From contig OZ024741.1 of NCBI GenBank assembly GCA_964016885.1, positions 397,544,001 through 397,608,000 of the forward strand: a DNA stretch of 64,000 bases, in the 5' to 3' direction. Below are positions 1-23,397 of this stretch, one piece after another. The DNA comes from Eledone cirrhosa (taxonomy: Eukaryota). Within the stretch, counting starts at the first letter, position 1. The number at the start of each line of letters is the position of its first letter. The notes under the pieces were generated by a model, which was given only the letters and a program-made list of their open reading frames with translations, was not told the DNA's origin and made no database searches. The position numbers and the translations under genes are program-made.

Positions 1-16
1 GATAGATTTAAAGGAA

Positions 17-277
17 AGGGAGATTCTTTAAAAGCTAAATTCATTAAGGTTCTACTAAGTGACAAAGGTTTAGAGAATTCTGTAGACAAATTCAAAATAT
101 TGAGTGCATATCATACAATTATCCTCAAATTTCTCTTAAACTGTTCAACTATATGCCAAAAATCAACAGACACATTCACAAAACACACTCACTCACACAC
201 TCGCACCCATAAACACACATACACACACACATACACATATACACACATATACACACATATACACAGATAAATATATT

Positions 278-309
<32 letters not shown>

Positions 310-369
310 TACACATACATACACACACATACATACACACATATATATATATGTATATATATATATATA
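17..369 (-). repeat. Inverted copy of 3132-3513 (Penelope pLTR-like repeat), probably continuing left of the window
   Basis: AGGGAGATTCTTTAAAAGCTAAATTC...CACCCATAAACAC is the reverse complement of ~3310-3513; the adjoining CA/TA microsatellite is mirrored too. Confidence 0.85.
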
Positions 370-454
370 AGAACGATCGACTTTTTTGTCAAATCGGACC
401 GAGGGAACAATGTTTCCGTTGGTCTTTCCAATTGCTAATACTATCTATCGGACG

Positions 455-589
455 CAACTCCAGGTAGAAGGAGCAACGTGAAATAAAGTGTCTTGCTCAA
501 GGACATAACGCATCGCCTGGTCCAGGAATCGAACTCACAACCTTACGATTGCGAATACAATTCTCTAACCACTCAGCCACACGGCTTCA
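455..589 (-). mobile_element. tRNA-derived SINE, 5' part, with CORE-like body
   Basis: Minus strand: A-box-like TGGCTGAGTGG, B-box GTTCGATTCC, then CCTTGAGCAAGACACTT. Confidence 0.75.
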
Positions 590-597
590 CTATATAT

Positions 598-641
<44 letters not shown>

Positions 642-679
642 TATATATATATATATATTATATATATTATATATATATA

Positions 680-722
<43 letters not shown>

Positions 723-745
723 ATATTATATATATATATATATAT

Positions 746-835
<90 letters not shown>

Positions 836-849
836 TATATATATATATT

Positions 850-884
<35 letters not shown>

Positions 885-944
885 TATATATATATATTTA
901 TATATATTATATATATATATTTATATATATTATATATATATATT

Positions 945-979
<35 letters not shown>

Positions 980-980
980 T

Positions 981-1013
<33 letters not shown>

Positions 1014-1014
1014 T

Positions 1015-1045
<31 letters not shown>

Positions 1046-1127
1046 TATATATATATATTTATATATATATATTTATATATATATATATATTATATTTATA
1101 TATATATATATATTATATATATATATT

Positions 1128-1162
<35 letters not shown>

Positions 1163-1180
1163 ATATTATATATATATATT

Positions 1181-1217
<37 letters not shown>

Positions 1218-1297
1218 ATATTATATATATATATTTATATATATATTTATATATATATATATATTATATATATATATTTATATATATATTATATATT

Positions 1298-1380
<83 letters not shown>
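590..1380. repeat. (TA)n microsatellite with TT interruptions
   Basis: Direct reading. Confidence 0.97.
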
Positions 1381-1383
<3 letters not shown>

Positions 1384-1496
1384 GCACCCCATTTGCAACG
1401 CGCAGCCATCATTATTATCATATTTACACATAATTTTTCTTCTGCTGCTACCCGTCTGTTTCGTTCTTTGTATCATTATTATATATATATATATAT

Positions 1497-1684
1497 GGTG
1501 AATTGGCAGTATCGGTAGAGGGTTGGACGCCATGCTTTGACGCACAGAGTTACGGCCCTTGCCATTCTGAGTTCAAATCCCGCCGAGGTTAACTTTGCCT
1601 TTCATCCTTACGGGGTCGATAAAATAAAGTACAAGTAATGTACTGGGTAATTGCTGGCCTTGTGCCAAAAGTAGAAACAATTAT

Positions 1685-1686
<2 letters not shown>
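1497..1686 (+). mobile_element. tRNA-derived SINE (family with several more copies in this window)
   Basis: TGGCAGTATCGG...GAGTTCAAATCC B-box, body CTTTCATCCTTACGGGGTCGATAAAATAAAGTAC, end GTAGAAACAATTATT. Confidence 0.85.
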
Positions 1687-1722
<36 letters not shown>

Positions 1723-1827
1723 TATACACATATATAAGGAAAAATTGAACGGGAACAAAACAGAGGGGCAGAACAAACAAATGTTTATTGATTTCACGCT
1801 CTTGAGAGTGGGGTCACACATACACAC

Positions 1828-1858
<31 letters not shown>

Positions 1859-1986
1859 TACACCATACATACATATATTTATACATATATATACATATAC
1901 ATATATATATATATATATATGTAAGTATGTATGTATACGTACATACATATATGTATACAGACGTACAGTAGCATGCATATATATAT

Positions 1987-2039
<53 letters not shown>

Positions 2040-2221
2040 CATACATACACATACACATATGCATACAGGTACACATACATATATGCACGCATCAGTTTAG
2101 CATCGTTTTCGGTATGCCTGACCGATTTAACTCACTCAATATGCAAATTAGGCTGCTCAGCCGTTAATTTTCATAAGGAAAGTATATACTTTCGAACGTT
2201 CAACTATCTGGCAGATGGGTA

Positions 2222-2266
2222 AACGGTGCTGATGATAGCTAACAAACTTGAAACTAGTACATCGTT
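2222..2266 (+). ncRNA. Minimal type I hammerhead ribozyme, copy 1
   Basis: AACGGTG-CTGATGA-TAGCTAACAAACTT-GAAA-CTAG-TA-CATCGTT: 7-bp stem I, palindromic helix III ACUAGU, GUA site; stem II has one mismatch relative to copy 2. Confidence 0.85.
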
Positions 2267-2449
2267 CCTGTGTCAGTGTTGAACAAAAAGGTGACGTGGT
2301 TGCCTTAACACCGTATGGCATAAATTCAGGCTGTTCGCTTTGTTGACAAACAAACGAACAAAGCGGCCGGCGTTATAATAAACGCCGGCTAAACTGATGC
2401 GTGCATATATGTATGTGTACCTGTATGCATATGTGTATGTGTATGTATG

Positions 2450-2494
<45 letters not shown>

Positions 2495-2741
2495 ATATAT
2501 ATATGCATGCTACTGTACGTCTGTATACATATATGTATGTACGTATACATACATACTTACATTTAAGTAAGTGCCATACTAAGAGTGAGAAATGAAATTG
2601 CGTTTTCATATTTTTCAACTTATCGTTTTCGGTATGCCTGACCGATTTAACTCACTCAATATGCAAATTAGGCTGCTCAGCCGTTAATTTTCATAAGGAA
2701 AGTATATACTTTCGAACGTTCAACTATCTGGCAGATGGGTA

Positions 2742-2786
2742 AACGGTGCTGATGATAGCTAACAAGCTTGAAACTAGTACATCTTT
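2742..2786 (+). ncRNA. Minimal type I hammerhead ribozyme, copy 2
   Basis: AACGGTG-CTGATGA-T-AGCT-AACA-AGCT-T-GAAA-CTAG-TA-CATCTTT: stem II AGCT/AGCT intact, one stem I mismatch. Confidence 0.85.
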
Positions 2787-2959
2787 CCTGTGTCAGTGTT
2801 GAACAAAAAGGTGACGTGGTTGCCTTAACACCGTATGGCATAAATTCAGGCTGTTCGCTTTGTTGACAAACAAACGAACAAAGCGGCCGGCGTTATAATA
2901 AACGCCGGCTAAACTGATGCGTGCATATATGTATGTGTACCTGTATGCATATGTGTATG

Positions 2960-3004
<45 letters not shown>

Positions 3005-3129
3005 ATATATATATGCATGCTACTGTACGTCTGTATACATATATGTATGTACGTATACATACATACTTACATTTAAGTAAGTGCCATACTAAGAGTGAGA
3101 AATGAAATTTCGTTTTCATTTTTTTCAAC

Positions 3130-3131
<2 letters not shown>

Positions 3132-3163
<32 letters not shown>

Positions 3164-3182
3164 ATGTATGTGTATATATGTA

Positions 3183-3225
<43 letters not shown>

Positions 3226-3846
3226 ATGTATGTGTATATATGTATATATATATATATATATAAATATATTTATGTGTGTCTGTATATGTGTGTGTGTATG
3301 TGTGTATGTGTGTTTATGGGTACGCGCGTGTGTGTGAGTGAGTGTGTTTTGTGAATGTGTCTGTTGATTTTTGGCATATAGTTGAATAGTTTAAGAGAAA
3401 TTTGAGGATAATTGTATGATATGCACTCAATATTTTGAATTTGTCTACAGAATTCTCTAAACCTTTGTCACTTAGTAGAACCTTAATGAATTTAGCTTTT
3501 AAAGAATCTCCCTACCATGACTGACCCCCCACTGATCTTATAGACACCTGTTAGCTTAAGAGAAACTTAATAATAAGGAGTGGCATGCCATCCTGAACCT
3601 GTTTATAGAATTCTGTCTGCCTTTGTTACTCTAAAAACAAAAATAAATAAAAATAAACTATAGCTTTGTAGAATTAGCTTTTAATGAATTCCCTTTTCTA
3701 TCAACCAATGACCTACACCCATCCCACTCCCCACCCTCTCCTACCACTTGTATAAATACCATACTTATTTTTTGATACCCAGATCCCTGATGATTTCTAA
3801 AGAATGAAACAGTTCTAGTCCTGTAGAATCTCATCTATATTAAAAC

Positions 3847-3850
<4 letters not shown>
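3132..3850 (+). mobile_element. Penelope pLTR-like non-coding repeat ending in an HHR
   Basis: Inverted partner at 17-369; HHR near the 3' end, then (TA)n; same layout as the pLTRs at 13926-14094 and 24535-25562. Confidence 0.55.
3781..3831 (+). ncRNA. Type I hammerhead ribozyme, slightly degenerate
   Basis: AGATCC-CTGATGA-TTTC TAAA GAAT-GAAA-CAG TTCTAGTC CTG-TA-GAATCT. Confidence 0.7.
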
Positions 3851-3887
<37 letters not shown>

Positions 3888-3891
<4 letters not shown>

Positions 3892-4605
3892 TTTAGTACA
3901 CCATTAACAAAGCTTTAGAACACGGCCAAGCTAACGAATGCAGAATCGGTGTGTAGCTTTAGCACTCAGATGGGGAAAAGAACCCCAGAGTAATAACAAT
4001 ACGTTCAGACAGCTTAGCAAATCAGATATAGCGGTCGGCAGGCCAGCCGCATCACCAGAGCAACGAAAATACAGGACCCAGGAAAAGATTTTATACTGAC
4101 CCGGACAGAGCGGTGAGGCTGAATGCAAAATATATATAACGTACATCGTATATCACACAATATACATCACATACAGCACCCAACATCACCGCTAAGTTCC
4201 TGCAAATCCAAGATCGACAAATTCCGATTGCAGGAGTCTGCAATATAATGGTTTTTGACGACAGAACACAGGATTTCCTTCTTCAGCAAGTCTTTCGTTC
4301 TTAGCCTGAGCGGGTATGTTGTAGCTTTAAATTTCGCCACAGATACGTGGTTTTTTCCAAGGGAGGTAACACCTGCTTAGGCGGTGAATTCCAATTTGAG
4401 ATAAAGGAATAAATCCCTTTAGACAAACCGAATTAAGCACTCAACCAGAAGTTATCAAACAAACATAAACAATTAATCAATCAATAGAATCATCTAATTA
4501 AATTAATCAGTTAATCGTTAATTCTAGGAGTAAATACAAATTTTAGTACAGCATTAACGAAGCTTTAGAACACGGCCAAGCTAACGAATGCAGAATCGGT
4601 CTGTA
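3888..4605. mobile_element. ~650-bp non-coding unit with 68-bp terminal direct repeats, set in (TA)n
   Basis: 3888-3955 and 4538-4605 are near identical (AAATTTTAGTAC...CAGAATCGGT). Confidence 0.6.
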
Positions 4606-4676
4606 TATATATATATTAGAAAGTGATGTTTTTTTACAAGATGAAAAATAACCGAGGTGTCCTACATGAGTGAAAG

Positions 4677-4952
4677 TATAAAGAAAAAAAGATGAAATCG
4701 AAAATGCAACTGGAGTCTTATTTTAAAAATATATATATATATTTATTTGGCTCTTTTACCGGTTTCGCAGTTCTTCTGCTTTTCGAAAGTAGAGTTGAGA
4801 TGGAGGGTCTGTGAGAAAAACCACAGACCCTCCATCTCAACTCTACTTTCGAAAAGCAGAAGAACTGCGAAACCGGTAAAAGAGCCAAATAAATATATAT
4901 ATATTTTTTTAAAAATAAGACTCCAGTTGCATTTTCGATTTCCTCTTTTTTT

Positions 4953-4959
<7 letters not shown>
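4677..4959. repeat. Near-perfect foldback (~137-bp arms, 8-nt loop at 4814-4821) with an HHR-like remnant
   Basis: Arms are reverse complements; right arm has GCAG-AAGAA-CTGC-GAAA-CCGG-TA. Confidence 0.9.
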
Positions 4960-4997
<38 letters not shown>

Positions 4998-5000
<3 letters not shown>

Positions 5001-7641
5001 TCATCATCACCGTTTTACGTCCGTTCTTCCACGCTAGCATGGGTTAGACGAGTTGTCCTGTTGTGGGCAGTGTCTGGTCGGCTGACCATGCCTTGCTCAT
5101 TCAGGAACTGATTTGGCTTGATTTCTACAGCTGGATGCCCTTCCTAACACCAACCTCATTTACAGTGAGTGCTGGGTGCTTTTTCGTGGCGCCTACACGT
5201 CTACTTTACAGTGTGGGCTGGGTGCTTTTTTGCCGTGGCACCTCCACGACCACCTTGCAGTGGGAGGGTGTGGGGGAATATTGTCTATATGCTTCAGCTT
5301 GTACACATGGGAGGTCCGGTACTCTGTATTACTGCGTAACGCCAGAGGTCACAGTCGTGTGTCATCGCTTTTGAGCGGTGTAATTGGGTAAGGTCGGCTT
5401 TTATCACCTCATCCCAGGTCATCCGCGGTTTCCATCGACTTCTAGTGCTCTGCACCTTTTTATGCAGCTGTCATCCTTCATACGCATCACATGTCCATAC
5501 CAACGCAACCGCCTCTCCTGCACACAGCATTTGATTCCTCTTATGCTCAGTCTCTCTCTCAATTCATTTATGCTTTGTCGTTCGCGTATATTACTATTAC
5601 ACATCCATCGGAGCATGCAGGCTTCGTTTCTCTCTAATCTACGTAAGTCTTCCACCTTCAGCGCCCAGGTCTCACTACCATGTAACATCGCTGTTCGGAA
5701 TCACGCATCATACAGTTTGCCCTTCATTTTGAGGGAGAAGCCTTTTGCAGCTAGCAGTGGTAGTAGTTCCCTGAACTTCTTCCATCCCGTTCTTACCCTA
5801 GTTATTGTACTTTCTGAACACCCACCTCCGCTGCTAATTCGGTCACCTAGGTAGCAGAAGCTGTCTACTGTCTCTACAGAGCCCTCCCAGAGATTGGTGG
5901 TACTTGTTTCCTGTGGCTGTTGCTGCTTTCTGTCCCAGTACAGCTGCTGCATGTGAAGCCTACATTCTTAATTAAGCTTCCTAAGATCCCGCTACATCTC
6001 TTGTGTACCCATTGTTTGCATTTGGAGCAGAGAATGGAGTTCCTACCTACACCTTTCCTACATACTGAGCAAGGCCATTTCCCTGAGGGGATCTGGGTTC
6101 TGTTTTCTCGTCTACTTACAAGGACCTTAGTCTTTGCAATGTTGACTTTGAGACCCTTTCTTTCTAGTCCCTGCTTCCAAGTTTGGAATTTCATCTCTAG
6201 TTCTACCATAGATTCAGCTATAAGTGCGAGGTCATCAGCATACAGAAGTTCCCATGGGCATCCGGTCTTAAACTCCTCCGTTATTGCCTGCAGGACTATG
6301 ATGAACAGGAGAGGGATAAGAACAGAGCCCTGGTGGACCCCAACCTGTACGCTAAATTCCTCGCTATACTCATTGCTAATCCTAACTTTGCTGACTGCTC
6401 CCCTATACATGGCTTGTACAGCTTTCACAAGTCATTCATCTACTCCTAGTTTTCTAAGAGCCCACCAGATTACAGCACGTGGAACTCTGTCAAAGGCTTT
6501 CTCGAGATCGACGAATGCCAGGTAGAGTGGCTTACTTTTAGCTAGGTACTTTTCCTGAAACTGCCTCACAAGGAAGAGGGCATCAGTGGTGCCTCTTCCT
6601 GGTACAAACCCAAATTGCATCTCATCTAGTTTCACCCGGTCCCTAATCAACTGTGCTATAACTCTTTCTGTTACTTTCATGACCTGGTCCATCAGCTTTA
6701 TACCTCTATAGTTTCCTCTATCGATTGCATCACCTTTACCTTTGTAGCAGTTGACAATGATGCTACTGCACCAATCTTTTGGTATGACACCTAGTATTAC
6801 CTGGTTAACAATACGTGTGGTTATAGTGTGACCTACAGACCCAGATGCCTTTAGCATCTCGGCAGCTATAACCGATGGACCGGTTGCCTTCCCCATCTTC
6901 ATATCTTTGATTGCCTTACTTACTACGCTGCTGCTGATTTGTACTGCTGGCCCTTCTATAGGGTCTACTTGGGGTAGGGTCTCTTCTTCCCATGCATTCT
7001 CCTCATTTAGTAGTCTATCATAATGACTCTTCCATGCATCTTTCTTCTCAGCACTTGTGATGGCAAGCTCACCTTTATCATTTCGGATACACTTCTCTCC
7101 AATGACATCACAATTCTCTCTGACACGCTGCCTCGCAATCTTGAACACCTCCTGTTTCTGGTCCTCACGTTGCAAAACATGCTTGAATTTTCTATCCTCT
7201 GCTTCCCTCCTAGCTAAGTATACTTGTCGCCTAGCTTCCATCTTGGTCTCTATGTAATGTACCCTGCTCTCCCCGTTCTTCTATTCTTTCCATGCCTGTC
7301 TCTTGGCCTTAACTGCCTCATATACCTTATTGTTCCACCATCAAGTCACTCTCCTCCTGCTTGAGGTCTTACTCCAGCCACAGACCTCATCTGTCGCCTC
7401 TAGTAAGTTATTTTTTAGGAACTCCCAGTGCTCTTCTACATTGAATGTCTCTATCTGTTCTTCTTTACTGTCGTAGGCGTTGAGTAAAATATCTTTAAAT
7501 CTGTTACTGGCTGAGGGGTCTTTCAGCTTCCAGATCTTTCTTCTCCAGGTTGGCCTCTGTTTCCAGGTTCTTCTAGTTCTGACTGTGAGGTCGCTGACAA
7601 CTAAGCTATGTTGGGAGGTACATTCCTCACTAGGGAAGGCT
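4998..7641 (-). mobile_element. RTE-clade LINE, 5'-truncated and disrupted (end of APE domain, RT, 3' UTR, (GAT)n tail)
   Basis: ORF pieces 6432-7241, 5874-6428, 5701-5952, 5419-5688 with NYRGIKL, FVDLEKAFD, GVHQGS, LLYADD, FCYLG, RLRWYGHV; stops and frameshifts between them. Confidence 0.95.
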
Positions 7642-11945
<4,304 letters not shown>

Positions 11946-12074
11946 TGTAAAGTTATATTTAAAATTGTTGGGTTACAACTAGTAAATATTTATAACTGAT
12001 ATAAAAGCACTCGACAAATACTTGGAGTATATTTACAATATTAAATAAATGGAAAACTATATTTATAAAACCAT

Positions 12075-12146
12075 ATTTATTTCATTATATATATTTCGGG
12101 GATATCATATTAACAATATGCTATGCCTTCATCAGACAAAATACAA
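12075..12146 (-). ncRNA. Hammerhead ribozyme in the inverted pLTR
   Basis: Minus: TATTTTGT-CTGATGA-AGG..CATATTG/TAATATG..CCC-GAAA-TATATA-TA-ATGAAATA. Confidence 0.75.
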
Positions 12147-13601
12147 TATAAACAGTTTTATAGATAAATATATTCGACATACCGTAATAAACATCAACTT
12201 CAAATCTAAAAGAAATCCACCCCCTAACAAACTTTTATCTGACTTGAAAACGATATAATTTCTATCATACAAGGGGTCAAATTCAAGAGAAACTTTAAAG
12301 GCCAGGAATATCTGAAAGGCATTAAGGATAACATTGAGAGCTTAGAGAAAACTGAGAAGATCTTGGTGAAATCTGACAAGACCAACAACCTCTATGGAGT
12401 GCAGAAAGACATGTATAATGGCCTCATACTGAAAGAGCTGAGGAAAAAATACAAGGTAGCAGATAAGACCGAACTTGTGAAAATGAATGTTGAAGCATCT
12501 TGTATAATGCATGAGTTGGAAATTGAGAACAGAACACAACCTTTCGTGCCCAGGAAACCGAAGATCAATATGAAGGACCACAAGAGGAATTTTGAGATTG
12601 ACCTGCCAGTTAGATTGATCGCACCTTCAAAATCGGACCTGGGCAAATTAAGCAAAAACATTCTTGACAGGGTGATACTGCAAATTTAGAACTTGGATTA
12701 TGTATCTAACCTGAGCTTGTGGAAGGGAACTGGAGAGGTTGTTGAGTGGTTTAGGCAAATTAAATATGACAATAATAATAGGTTTATTCAACTTGATATA
12801 GCTAACTATTATTCTTCTATTACCCCTAGTCTACTAAATAAGGCACTAAATTACGCATTCAAACATTCGGACCTAACTAGCAAAGAAATGCATATTATAT
12901 TATCGGCTAGGAAAACTTTGATAGAATTTGATGACAAATTATGGACCAGAGCAGATAGAGATAGCAATTTTGACATAACTATGGGATCTTCCGACTCAGC
13001 TCAAGTAACTGACCTTGTGGGCTTATTTTTAATCAATTCGCTACATAGGAAATACCTGGTACTACCGGAGGTTTATATAGGGATGACATGCTTTTACTTA
13101 TTAATAATAATAACCCTGAACTAAATAGAAAATGTAAACAAATTACAATTTTTTAATTACTTAACCTTAAAATAGAAATTGAGAACAACCATAGAATAGT
13201 CAATTTCCTAGATATAACATTAAATCTCAACACATGTCTCCACTATCCTTTTCACAAGTTGAATGAAAACTTAAACTATGTCAACTTTAACTCTAACCAC
13301 CCAGATCTGTCAAAAACACTATAGTAAACTCAGTCCAAAAACGTGTCTCTAGGATCTCGTCGAATAGAAAGATTTTTGACGAAAAGGCCCAATACTATAA
13401 TGATGCACTAGCTAGGGCAGGGTATGCTGATAAGATTGTGTACATAGATAATGATAAACAAACTAAACAAAGTAACAACTTTTTTAATTATGGCAACAAC
13501 ATTAACAACTATAATAGAAAGCATTACAATAATTCCAAAGGACAAAAAAGAAATAGAACTAGGAACATAATTTGGTTTGCCCCCCCTTTCTCACTAAACA
13601 T

Positions 13602-13801
13602 NNNNNNNNNNNNNNNNNNNNNNNNNNNNNNNNNNNNNNNNNNNNNNNNNNNNNNNNNNNNNNNNNNNNNNNNNNNNNNNNNNNNNNNNNNNNNNNNNNN
13701 NNNNNNNNNNNNNNNNNNNNNNNNNNNNNNNNNNNNNNNNNNNNNNNNNNNNNNNNNNNNNNNNNNNNNNNNNNNNNNNNNNNNNNNNNNNNNNNNNNNN
13801 N
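13602..13801. other. Assembly gap (200 N)
   Basis: Run of N. Confidence 1.
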
Positions 13802-13980
13802 ATTTCTTCTTTTTCTTCTTTTTCTTCCTTTTCTTCGTTTTGTCTTTCTTTCTTTCTTATTTCCCTCTTTTCTCTCTCTCTTTCTTTCTCTCTGTATTTT
13901 CACTGCTAGAGTGAACCTCTTCAAATGAAGTTGATGTTTATTACGGTATGTCGAATATATTTATCTATAAAACTGTTTAT

Positions 13981-14052
13981 ATTGTATTTTGTCTGATGAA
14001 GGCATAGCATATTGTTAATATGATATCCCCGAAATATATATAAAGAAATAAA
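13981..14052 (+). ncRNA. Hammerhead ribozyme in the 3' pLTR
   Basis: CTGATGA at 13993, stem II hairpin, GAAA-TATATA-TA at 14031-14042. Confidence 0.75.
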
Positions 14053-14088
14053 TATGGTTTTATAAATATAGTTTTCCATTTATTTAAT

Positions 14089-22490
<8,402 letters not shown>

Positions 22491-22615
22491 TGTAGGAGGT
22501 GAGTTTTATTGTAGTACAATAAAGCAATGCAGATATCGGATAAGAAGCACTCTACAGTTTGTGGGACTGGAGTATGCATAATATAAGATCAAAAGATGGT
22601 TAAAGGAGTTCCATA

Positions 22616-22686
22616 TATTTTATTATGCGCATTTCAAAAACAAACATCATAAAGCAATAATATTTGTGTTTTCATCAGATAAAACA
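22616..22686 (-). ncRNA. Hammerhead ribozyme in the inverted pLTR
   Basis: Near-exact reverse complement of 25457-25527. Confidence 0.85.
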
Positions 22687-23397
22687 GGAGAACATGATAT
22701 GAAGGCTAAAAAACACTTGTGGATAGTGCAGTTTTAAATCAACATATGAAAAGTGGTTTTAGATTGATGTGTGATATTGGGAAAAATATTTTATTTATAG
22801 AGGGGGGGGGGGGGGAGGATGAAAGGGAAGGAGATGAGAGGGAGAGATGGGTGATAGAGAGAAAGAGATAGTTTTTATAACTGAGAGGAGATATATTTTT
22901 TACATAGAGGGGTTGAAAACCGTTGGAAGATACTGTATAAATTAAAAATTTTGAAATTAACGAAGGGAGGATATGTGCGAGGAAAAAATATATTTTATTT
23001 AGGGAGGGGGGGGGTGGAAAGGATGAAAAAAAGGGGGAGGAGATGAGAGTGAAGGTGGAGAGGGAGAGATGGGTGATAGAGAGAAAGAGATAGTTTTTAT
23101 AACTGAGAAAAAAAGATATATTGTTTTAATATAGAGAGGTTGGGAACCGTTGGAAGATAATGTATAAATTAAAGGAATTTGAAAATTAACGAAGGGAAAT
23201 TATGTATGAAGATAGAGAGAAAAAAAATAATAATTGTGGGTGAATATTCTAACGTCAAAAGAAGAAATGTATGTATTGTGGCAATTTCAAAATTAGCGAA
23301 GAGAAAAATTGTTAAGGTTTGTGTGTAGAAGGATTTGAGAAAAATAATGTGAAGTTAAAGTTTGTATATTGAATTGATGATATATGCGAATAAAGAG

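Larger units (their letters stand above)
1920..3131 (+). mobile_element. Retrozyme-like element: two tandem ~520-bp non-coding units (2102-2621, 2622-3131), each with an HHR, preceded by an inverted partial copy (1920-2101)
   Basis: ATCGTTTTCGGTATGCC at 2102 and 2622; 1920-2101 is the reverse complement of ~2388-2562; no credible ORF. Confidence 0.75.
11947..14094 (+). mobile_element. Penelope-like element, degenerate RT, with an inverted pLTR fragment at the 5' end; interrupted by the N gap
   Basis: RT pieces 12363-13124 (PVRLIAPSKSDLGKLSK, FIQLDIANYYSSI, ITMGSSDSAQVTDLVG); frameshifted GLYRDD at 13070-13087; RNIIWFAPPFS; 12034-12202 is the reverse complement of 13926-14094. Confidence 0.92.

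Noticed and set aside
455-1686. tRNA genes
   Set aside because: A/B boxes belong to SINE heads followed by repeat bodies; no full cloverleaf
4270-4290. Minus-strand CTGAAGA..GAAA hammerhead
   Set aside because: Only 2 nt between the core segments; no stem II or stem I
13438-13928. ORFs spanning X residues
   Set aside because: Artefact of the N gap
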